Shown here one piece after another: positions 56,601-64,000 of a stretch of DNA of 64,000 nucleotides. The notes beneath the pieces were generated by a model. That model had not been told where the DNA came from. It ran no database searches and saw nothing but the letters and a program-made list of their open reading frames with translations. The translations under genes and the position numbers were made by a program. The DNA comes from Phoronis australis (lineage: Eukaryota > Animalia > Phoronida), in the NCBI GenBank assembly GCA_002633005.1, contig NMRA01000131.1, positions 559,808 through 623,807 on the forward strand. Direction: 5' to 3'. Positions within the stretch are counted from its first letter, which is position 1; the number at the start of each line of letters is the position of its first letter.

Positions 56601-59600
56601 CACGTACGAAGACGACACAGGATCGGACGATCTGGCCAACTCGTCTGATGTGATTCCATTTTCTGAACATGAATATCAGAAGATCAACTCTAGCCTAAAC
56701 GGCTCTGACTTTGGCTCAACAGAATTTGGGTCTCTCACAGATCAGGAGAGACTTGACAATCAGTTGGACAGTCTCAAGTTCCCTTTACTCATGTCGTCTA
56801 CTCCTAAAGTAGATAGGTCAAAGTTGAAGCTCGACACTAGCAGTGATCTACAGCCACCATCAGAACGGGTGACATTAAAAGTCAAGGTGGAACACACCAG
56901 AGAAGAAACCAGTCAAAAGGAATCTCATTTTGAACAACGCGGGTCGGTAGAGTGTCGTGATGTTGGATATTCAAGCGGTAGTCCATCTAATGAAGAGGTG
57001 GATAATGTGATTTCAACTTCATGTAATAACTGTAATAATACTTCTCTTGAAGTTAATGTTAACGATTCAGTGCTCACAAACGTAACATCATTATCTGAGT
57101 CAAACTTTACGTGGGATAAGTCGAGACGTGATGAAGGCAGTAGTACAAGTATGTCAACTGTCGAGAATTCCTCACCCTGCGCAAGATCGCCAGAATTGAG
57201 TGGTCTGAAAGACAATGGAGGTCCTGACAATCTGGATAGAGAGGTGTCGGATTATAAGTCAATAATATCGTCACCAACCAAAAATTTCTACAAAATGACA
57301 TCACTGGATTCAGAGCTCATCAGCCCAGGTAAATATGTTGCAATAACAAAATGTTTATTTGACCTATACTGACAGTAAATAGTCTTCAATTGTGGCAAAA
57401 ATGATGGCTAAAATCGTCTTTTGCAATTTTTTTCTAAGCCTTAATCTATTATTGCTGTCAATGTTCATTTTTTTCCAAAACTTGACTACCAGTATCTATC
57501 AACACTATATGATATAGTTAAAATTCCTTAGTAATTATTTTTTTACGAATTTTGACAAAATGAAATTACTCTTTTTGCCGTACTGTGTCCTAAAATTAAA
57601 AATTGCCATGTGTCTGTGTGTGCGCGTCTGTGAGTGTGTTGTAATTCTAAGGGATTTGATTTTTGTAATCCAATTTATTTTCTCATTACTGAATAACCTT
57701 TTTGAGAGCATGCATTCTACTCCTACATGACTGCACTAATTAACCCTTAGGTCTGTGGCTGATCACCTCAAACATTGACTGATAGTGTGGCACACTTCTA
57801 GTGAGCTCTACTGTTTCTTTTCATTTGTTTTGATTGGTCAATATTTCATTTGTTGTGATTTATTCAATTCTCTAGTCTAGCCTCAAGGGAAGTTTGTTTA
57901 TTTTGGGCTAAGTTCTGTTTCAACTTGGGTATGTGTGCTGCTATCTTGATTGTCGTTATTTTTTGTTTTCTTTTCTTGTATTGCAGTAGACAGAAGTGAA
58001 GAGTTGAAAGTGAAGGATGAATTAGACGCTATCATTAGAAGTCATCATCGTGTTGAAGCAACTCTAGATACTGCGGAGATACATTGTCTGAGGACAACAC
58101 ACCTTCAGAGGTTTGATAACGACCTGCCTGAAGAGGTCAGTGGTGAAAATGGGGCTCCTTCAGCAACACAAGAGTCTGTGGAGTTAGTAGCCCAACTGGA
58201 TCCTTTGGCAGTTCCTAGTGATTCTCCCTTTTTGCGACCTGGTGATCAAATTGTGATCAACAGGACAGAAGCCACCTCAAGTCCCAAAAGAAATGATACG
58301 TTATTGGAGCAGGAGAATATTTCCGTCACAACTGTTAGTATTTGTGACTCCCCTACAAAGGAAGTGAACAATGTTGATCCGATTCTGTTGGAAGATCGCA
58401 AAGCTCATCATGTGGCCACTGGATATGGCGTCATTCAGCCAGTGGTGACCTCTGTCATGGTTGGTCCCGGTAGAGTCGGTGACGACTCTGTGTGTCCGCT
58501 GCCTGATGAGCCTGCTGATGAGATGCTTTCAACAAAAGTTGATAAGACGGTAATCCCGCCTTGTTCTTCGTGTTACGAAACACCAGCTCTTAGTATGGAA
58601 GACTTGACATCGTTAGCAACAGTTACTGATCTCAACAAAGGTTATGAGCCTGTTACTGAGACTGTTATCTCAACACCTGGGGGTGATGCCATCTATGTAG
58701 AGTTGTCATCACGATCTACCAGTGTAGAGCGTGACCTTGACATTGCAGAGGAAGAAGAATTCCAAACCTCCAGAATTCACATTATAGACTCAAGAAGCAG
58801 TTCAGAGCATAGTGTGAATGCTTATGTGACAGAGGTCAAGAGGTCAAAGGTTACTATCACTCATTCATCAAGGCCTATGTCAGAGGCTCCCTCTGAACTA
58901 ATCACCTCTGAACTCTCAGTCAGCGTTCCTACTACGGCTGATTTGGAAGTCGACCGTCCTTCCAAGAATGATACTTCTAACATGAAATGTGTCACAAAAA
59001 CAGACTTTCATGTTCCTGCCAGGAGGTTGAGCACAGATGAAGAAGAAAACATTCACAATGTTTCAAGGTCTCCACAGTCAACTATCATTAAAGTGCAGCC
59101 AAAGCATTCTGCCAAGCATCAAGTTCCTGTTGTAAAGGAAAAGCCTGTATTCAAATCAACATTTTCGTACGACCCAGTCAGTGATTGGCTTGAAAGCCAT
59201 AAATTGCCATCTAGTCCAGTCAAAAATCAGGTTCTTCAAGTCAATGGTAATGATGTGTCCAGTAAACCCAATGATGAAGACTTGACGGTTGATCCAAATA
59301 CCTGCAGTGAACCTGCGCATGATGCTAGTTCCTTGAATGCCTCTCAGTCTAGACTTGATTACATTGCTCATAACTTGGACTATCGCTTGGACCAGTGTGA
59401 GTTTCCAGTCACTGCTAGTCAGATGTTACTGCCACCTACTTCTGTTCCAGCTGTGTCAACTACTCACGATGTTGTAGATGGTGCTGTCATGCTACAACCC
59501 CCTGTTGAAGACCGCGCTCCTGAGCAGAGACATGTCAAGAGTCCAGACAGTATTCAGAGGTTGATCAGAGAGGCTGAGTTGCTGGTACGTGATGAAGATG

Positions 59601-62600
59601 TGATGAGAAACTATCCATCGTCACCGTCCTCTGAAAATACTCAGGAAGAGCTCAGTCCAGTCGACGAAAGATTACTTGGACAGGATTTGGTCTGTGAGCA
59701 AAAGCAGCAGGACAGTATTCCTACTCTGGGGGTGAATGATGACAGCATGCCTGTAAGGTCAGACACATATGCTCGTTCCATGACGAAATCATCCATCAAT
59801 AGCGACATTTCACTGCACAGTGACACAGGGGTAGACGAGGAGTCATGTGATGCCAGTTCAGAATACACCAGTGAGTCAGAAGGAGAGGCAGACCAGTACT
59901 GCAGCGTGCTTACACTAAATCGCCAGTCATCAGGAGAAAAACCTTTCCTCAGTCAGAATGGGGAAGAGAACATAGCAGCCCCTGAAACTGTAACAATGCG
60001 ACCAAACAAACCATTCTGGGATTCAAGTCGAGAAACAACTCCAGAAGTTTCAAGTAGAGCACACAATAAACCCAGATCAAAGCAGACGTCTGCTTCTGGT
60101 AACACGGATCCAAGGGAGAAAACTCCCAGTGATGAAGATACAGTGTTGTCTTCTTGCGATGAGAACCCAGTTCCTGAACTTGATGTGAATGAAGTTGACA
60201 AGTGGCTGGAGTCTGTTGATAAGGGTGAATTAGGTAAGAGTGTAGGTAGTTAGAGTATCCTGTTAAAATGGTAGCTAAAAATTATTTCGATTTCATTCAC
60301 TTGTGGAAACTTTTATTAATTTCTTGTCAAGACTCTTTTACGATTTTTTGTATTTGTACTCAAATCATGAAATGTTTTAACATAGTTTAAGAAATTATGT
60401 AGCCATGATGTAATTTAGCTGCAGGTATACATTAATCAAGCTAGAGGATAATGGAAACTGAGTGGCTTTGTTTGCCATCATCTAGTTAGATTCTCGTTTT
60501 GATTTTTTGTTTGTCAATTCATTTGTCTTTGTGTAAATACTTGAATTTGACATGTACAGTTTTCAAGCATATGTGTTTTTCCTCTCCTAGTTACTGAAGC
60601 CGGAAATGTCAGTGATGATACCGATGAACTTCTTACCAGCACACTCGAGTCGTTCTCCGAGACTGCTTGGGATGGTTATCAGGCAAGTTGCAAAAGTATA
60701 TTTAAGTTGTAGAGTAATGGCTGCAAATGTGTGACTAGGTGACACGTATACAAGTTATAAAGGATTGGATCATTAATGTCAGTTGACACATTTAATTGCA
60801 AGTGCAATGTAAATAATTATAATAATAGGTAACTAGTAAGCAGCTATTCTATTATAATTTAAGTTTTAGAGTTGACTGCTTTATGTATATTTTGACATCA
60901 AAGTACTTAATGTTTGTGTGTTGTTGTCTATTCAGTTGTAATGGTCTCATAACTTAATTTATATGTATGCTGGAAATGAATTTTCTAGTTTTTTTTTAAG
61001 TGATGTGCCCTTTTGTTCTGCAACAAAATTTAGAAATTTCCCGCAGCCTCTATGCTTAGAATTAATTAAGGCTTCGGGTAACTCAGGCCTCATTATGTTT
61101 TCGGGGTTTTAGGCTCCACCTTATGCCAGCGTTGATGACGATGAAGAAAAGTTAGAAGATGGAAACCTTCAGTGGGATGATGAGTACCAGTTTAAAGATA
61201 GTGGTGTTTACTCTGGAGGGTTTGCACAACAACCAATCAGTAATGCCGAGGTGGGTTGTGGGTATGACACTGAATTATGGGTAACAGCCATGTGCTTGTT
61301 AAACCTCACCAGTGTTTATGCTGTTAGAATTAGGTATCAGAACTCTTGGCTTTGACAACTGGTGTGTTTTGTGAAAAATCTTATTGTCTGTAGTTCGAGT
61401 ACATGCAATTTGAAATTTATTGTGTGTTGTGGAAGGATGATGTGACTGTGTGCACTATTTAAGAAGGCTGATTCAAATGCATTATACGTATTAAAATTCA
61501 AATTGCGCCTTCTGTAGAAACATCTCAAATGGGGCCGTTCCGGATTACACGAGACTCGAATCTCGTTGTATTTATCCACAATGTCGTAAACATCCGTCAG
61601 GAACATTTGCTATCTCGTTTTCGAGTTTCACATGTCATTTGTTGTTGTCTGATTTTTATCAAGTTTTTCTCGGTTGCTTTACTCTATCCGTCCTTCCATT
61701 GCCAACGAAGTATTACTGCTATGTTGTGGGCTACAACTCCGACATGAGAAAGTTTGAGAAACTTGACAAATATTTGTGGGTGTGTGATCTCACCGTCCCG
61801 ATATCAATGATAAACACGAAAATGTGCCTGATTTCCAAAACTAGGTCACTCACTTTCTTATCTCCTGGACAAAAGAGAGTTCTATCGCCATGTAATCTAG
61901 AACGGTCCTATTTGAACCAACTAAGCTTTTTTGACTTCATTAACAAGAACCACAATCATGTGATATTTTAACTGTTAACAAAAAACATTGTTGTGATGTC
62001 ACAATTCAACAATGTGGTGTGGCATATGACGTCGTAAAGCAAGCCTGACAATGGACTTAACCATGGAGTCAGAAGAGTCGGATTGTGATGATGTAAAATG
62101 CCCAGGCTGCAAGTGGGAACTGTACTATCGCACCATGGCCAGTCATGGTAGTGGAGATCACCTTCGCTTGATTGGTGAAAACAGTAGTCATGTGATCTTT
62201 GATACTGAAAAAACTGTAGATTGCCCAGCATGCAACTGGGAGTTGCTAATGCATGCAGTTGAGGTGATTATGAGTTGTTTGAGTGTGAACTACTGTACTA
62301 GGACACTGTTGCTGGGATTCACATCTCCTTCCTAATCATTTCAAGTTTTAATTATTCGTCATTACTATTGTTGAAGGGTTGGAAAATTAACATGCTTTGC
62401 TCATGCAATATAGTGGAGTTTGCTTTCTTGAGCTTCGGAACATATGAGAAAAAACATAGCAGTATCCGTCTGTGCCATTTTACTTGAACTTATTTGTTAT
62501 GCAACTTTTCTCATTGCAATCTGCATAGAAATTCTCTGTAACATTATTTTACAATGTTTTCATGAGAGAAAGGTGTATCGAAAATGAAAAGTTGAAGTCA

Positions 62601-63955
62601 AAGCTGCACCTTTACAAACCCACAGCTAACCATGCATTGGTTTGACCTGATAGCAGTCCACTTCTAAGAGCTGCAGTTCCTGCAGAGCTAATTGATCATG
62701 CTTGCTTTGGGGCCATCATACATATTAAGGCTTGACATTTAATCTTTTTACTCCAAATGGAACTGAAAAAATTTGTAATTTTCCATTTTGCTTGAATACG
62801 AACTCAAATTGTCTTATTGTGTGCTCGAGTATATTACAGTTTACATAGTTGATTGTGTAATCTTGTTTTGCACTTGATGACCCCTGTATTAAGCTCTATG
62901 TGGAGCCTGATCTCTAAATCTCAAGTTTGTAGCTAGAATATTGGGGTCATCAGGTATGAACGTAAACTAGACACTTACCTGTGTAAAACATAATATACTT
63001 GAGCATGGAATAATGGACAATTATCTTGAATTTGTAATAAAGTAAATTAGAAATTTCAAAAATATTATCAAGTTCGATTTCAAGTAAAAAGATTAGGTGC
63101 TGGGCCCTGATCTTCACACACATTGGTTACAGGCGGGTACAGCGTCATCCAATGGCTACACAGCTGACGCGTCAAAGGTTGAGGACTCGGATTCAGATCT
63201 TGAGGATTTGCATCATGTGATTTCTGAGACGAACACTGCGATGAAAATAACTGAGACTTCACTGAAACGTCATAGGAAGGATGATCTGGGTCTTGGCATC
63301 TCACTGGATCCATCGATTTACGTAAGATGAGTTACATTAACTACATACTGCTGTTCAGATCATATGGACGTGATAGTAAAATTATTTATGAAGTTTGTTG
63401 TTTATTTTAGAATTTTTTGGCATACATGAAACAGTATATTTTGTTTCCTCTTAATTTACATTCCTTAAAGATGACCCTTAAGACAGGCGTTGTATGGCCA
63501 CGTGATTTCAACAGAAGTTTACAATAAGAGTTTAGAAAATTTACTTAACAGTAACATTAATGATATTAATTATTAAGTAGTTTTTCATGTTTTAAGGAGT
63601 GAATATTATGGGCATGGCGTCCTGTGTAAAAGTTCTTTTGTAAAGTTGTAGAAATTTGTCAAAATTCACTAGTCTTCATCAAATTTATGGCAAAAAAGAG
63701 ATGAAAATATCACTAAATCATTTGAAATTTTGGTCTGCATGATGAATACTGGTAATTTGTCTCTGACATTACGCATTTTTGTCTGACTTAAAACTTAGTT
63801 TATCAAAAATTAAAGTAAGACTGCATTATTATTGTAGGCGGAGCACGTTGCCACCTGTCAAACTAACATCAAATGTCTGGAGGACATCTGTGAACAGCTG
63901 GAGTCAGAGGCGGGGCTACCCAACCTGTCAGATGTTGACCTGCAGGAGATTGAAG
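20444..63955 (+). CDS. klar: Klarsicht-like spectrin-repeat protein (nesprin/AKAP6-related nuclear-envelope and motor adaptor), multi-exon, 3' incomplete
   Basis: join(20444-20605,37575-38570,42091-42255,43193-43391,44020-44144,47008-47223,56473-57328,57987-60233,60591-60682,61113-61250,63133-63321,63838-63955). Intron phases 0,0,0,1,0,0,1,1,0,0,0 all match and keep an open frame of about 1,830 aa. Spectrin-type helices carry the conserved Trp. Motifs recalled from Klarsicht homologues: ELWQAIQSDYQYLMD, LERRWHTIWLQSLEWQCRLE, SCDASSEYT, SFSETAWDGYQ, DSDSDLEDLHHVI, ATCQTNIKCL. The KASH end would lie beyond the window. Confidence 0.75.
23560..24125 (-). mobile_element. Degenerate HINE-like element with tandem core repeats
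   Basis: cggatttttcatgaaagttgg (23588), tggatgttcatgaaat (23848) and tggatgtttatgaaatttcg (24008) resemble the reverse complement of the core at 13-33. Confidence 0.45.
24263..25143 (+). mobile_element. Decayed hAT-like non-autonomous element with 5-bp TSD
   Basis: AAATG|CAG...CTG|AAATG. Weak TIR (caggcagattgag vs cagaagtagatctag), G-run and C-run subtermini, CpG-rich interior, and a short transposase-N-terminus-like peptide MNKITSFFQTKK. Confidence 0.45.
24496..24649 (+). promoter_or_regulatory. TATA box, Inr-like site and mini-exon inside the element
   Basis: TATATAAG at 24496, GCAGT with the A 30 nt downstream (24526), donor CTG|GTAAGA at 24649. Confidence 0.4.
29377..29611. repeat. Minisatellite, about 7 copies of a 33-34 bp unit
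   Basis: Unit TATTGTAGATGTATCTAGTACAAAAATGACTTGA repeated head to tail with small indels. Confidence 0.9.
31283..31875 (-). mobile_element. Family K element (Kolobok/TTAA-like terminus)
   Basis: The right end gcagtcctacaccttta also occurs at 2922-2937 (gcagtcctacacttaa); the internal ccatttttgagatatgagg...tagccaaattt matches family K. The left boundary is approximate. Confidence 0.45.
32858..33431. mobile_element. Near-complete palindromic (foldback) MITE of about 570 bp
   Basis: Arms pair throughout: gactgtgaccactgtctctggctg / cagctagagatactggtcatagtc; ataggagcttc / gaagctcctat; gtaatcaaattttttcttcaagcagtctttcgttcagttg / caactgaacgaaggactgcttgaagaaaaaaatttgattac. Confidence 0.85.
33472..34162. 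mobile_element. Young CpG-rich repeat fragment abutting an assembly gap
   Basis: Abrupt rise in CpG density within a CpG-poor intron; the sequence ends at the N-run. Confidence 0.4.
34163..34211. other. Assembly gap (N-run)
   Basis: Run of N bases. Confidence 1.
37575..38570 (+). CDS. klar: klarsicht-like coding exon 2 (332 aa)
   Basis: Acceptor ttccttaatttcag; EVDDSITQRRARIEWL...LEYQWSYLSDKL, a Ser-rich region, PKRKR, then KKDELWQAIQSDYQYLMDEEIIETCK; donor AAA|GTAAGT. Confidence 0.9.
38814..39009. mobile_element. Degenerate small MITE
   Basis: Inverted ends cgtttcatcaaaatt / aatctgacgaaacg. Confidence 0.4.
39047..39299. mobile_element. MITE with CTGGGGC termini
   Basis: ctggggcatgttccaaaaaa / tttcttgaaacggccccag, with internal CTTAAG repeats. 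Confidence 0.65.
40481..40920. mobile_element. MITE with near-perfect TIRs of about 55 bp
   Basis: agtgcccggttgcatgaaacagtcccaaatagggactcaactaagttccctaaat / atttagggaacttagttgagtccctatttaggacagtttcatgcaaccgggcact. Confidence 0.9.
42091..42255 (+). CDS. klar: klarsicht-like coding exon 3
   Basis: tattttgtag|STESDLSMEDDDLGNSKVTFTDFIQQYKELTDWLNQIQ...SEKYLNQ|gtagct; spectrin helix A; phases 0/0. Confidence 0.85.
43193..43391 (+). CDS. klar: klarsicht-like coding exon 4
   Basis: ttcatttcag|KYYEEMLQRSPRRKLFNDYAKQLMRRYP...IQHLNNQWGALE...TMMK|gtcagt; phases 0/1. Confidence 0.9.
44020..44144 (+). CDS. klar: klarsicht-like coding exon 5
   Basis: atttgtag|DLEADLNSLRSWLHGVEGRLLPLCLRPSWTLQELEERLKSHK|gtaaga; phases 1/0. 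Confidence 0.9.
44874..44976. repeat. Hairpin of about 100 bp (mini foldback element)
   Basis: cggaagtaacgtgcccaaagtttgagaacca / tggttctcaaaattcgggcatgttatatccg. Confidence 0.7.
47008..47223 (+). CDS. klar: klarsicht-like coding exon 6
   Basis: tttctttctttgcag|DLQLDIESHSKIVSAVLKLCERL...LERRWHTIWLQSLEWQCRLEEAIGRRK|gtaaaa; phases 0/0. Confidence 0.92.
52460..52849. mobile_element. PIF/Harbinger-type MITE, family B, with TTA target duplication
   Basis: TTA|AGTCATGTCTACAC...GTGGACAGCACT|TTA; homologous to 7486-7647 and followed by a (CACT)n tract. Confidence 0.75.
56058..56303. mobile_element. hAT-like MITE
   Basis: Perfect 13-bp TIR CAGGGCTTGGAAT / ATTCCAAGCCCTG with internal TTTCCTCTTT repeats; no clean 8-bp TSD. 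Confidence 0.7.
56473..57328 (+). CDS. klar: klarsicht-like coding exon 7 (Ser/Asp-rich, disordered)
   Basis: tctgttttttag|GLYNVNSARSSWSD...ELISP|gtaaat; phases 0/1; coincides with the 295-aa ORF. Confidence 0.88.
57987..60233 (+). CDS. klar: klarsicht-like coding exon 8 (2.25 kb giant exon)
   Basis: Long polypyrimidine acceptor ttttcttttcttgtattgcag, 767-aa ORF, donor TAG|GTAAGA; phases 1/1; contains SIQRLIREAELLVRDE and SCDASSEYT. Confidence 0.88.
60591..60682 (+). CDS. klar: klarsicht-like coding exon 9 (GC donor)
   Basis: tttttcctctcctag|VTEAGNVSDDTDELLTSTLESFSETAWDGYQ|GCAAGT; phases 1/0. Confidence 0.85.
61113..61250 (+). CDS. klar: klarsicht-like coding exon 10
   Basis: ggttttag|APPYASVDDDEEKLEDGNLQWDDEYQF...PISNAE|gtgggt; phases 0/0. 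Confidence 0.8.
62051..62263 (+). CDS. Candidate alternative first coding exon (71 aa, twin CPxC-x-WEL motifs)
   Basis: ACAATGG start, in-frame TGA at 62027, no polypyrimidine acceptor, donor GAG|GTGATT in phase 0 compatible with the exon at 63133, and internal repeat VKCPGCKWELY / VDCPACNWELL. Confidence 0.55.
63133..63321 (+). CDS. klar: klarsicht-like coding exon 11
   Basis: ttggttacag|AGTASSNGY...EDSDSDLEDLHHVISETNTAMKITETSLKRH...DPSIY|gtaaga; phases 0/0. An in-frame acceptor at 63096/63097 is also possible. Confidence 0.85.
63838..63955 (+). CDS. klar: klarsicht-like coding exon 12 (gene continues beyond the window)
   Basis: tattattgtag|AEHVATCQTNIKCLEDICEQLESEAGLPNLSDVDLQEIE|gtgagg; phases 0/1. 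Confidence 0.85.
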
Positions 63956-64000
63956 GTGAGGTATCTGCTCACAGGGGGTGCCTCATAATGTTAAGAGCAT

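Noticed and set aside
56925-60201. Several - strand ORFs of 65-101 aa
   Set aside because: Antisense shadows of exons 7 and 8.

Overview
AT-rich eukaryotic (animal, probably marine invertebrate) genomic DNA, not prokaryotic; most entries in the ORF track are noise. A large + strand gene dominates the window. Twelve coding exons (20444 to 63955, about 1,830 aa, running off the 3' end) were assembled by hand with consistent intron phases. They encode spectrin-like repeats, a huge Ser/acidic disordered middle, and motifs I recognise from Klarsicht-family proteins (ELWQAIQSDYQYLMD, SCDASSEYT, SFSETAWDGYQ, DSDSDLEDLHHVI). The gene has a GC-AG intron and a candidate internal first exon encoding twin CPxC-x-WEL motifs. 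A second, unidentified gene starts divergently on the - strand (first coding exon 10862-10551), across a CpG-rich promoter region near 13.4-14.5 kb. Introns are full of MITEs and foldback elements, HINE/Helentron-like repeats and a 33-34 bp minisatellite. Also present are a Penelope-like insertion with hammerhead-ribozyme-like cores, a P-element-like 18 bp footprint, a hAT-like relic carrying a TATA promoter and splice donor, and one assembly gap. All family assignments come from motif recognition, not database searches.
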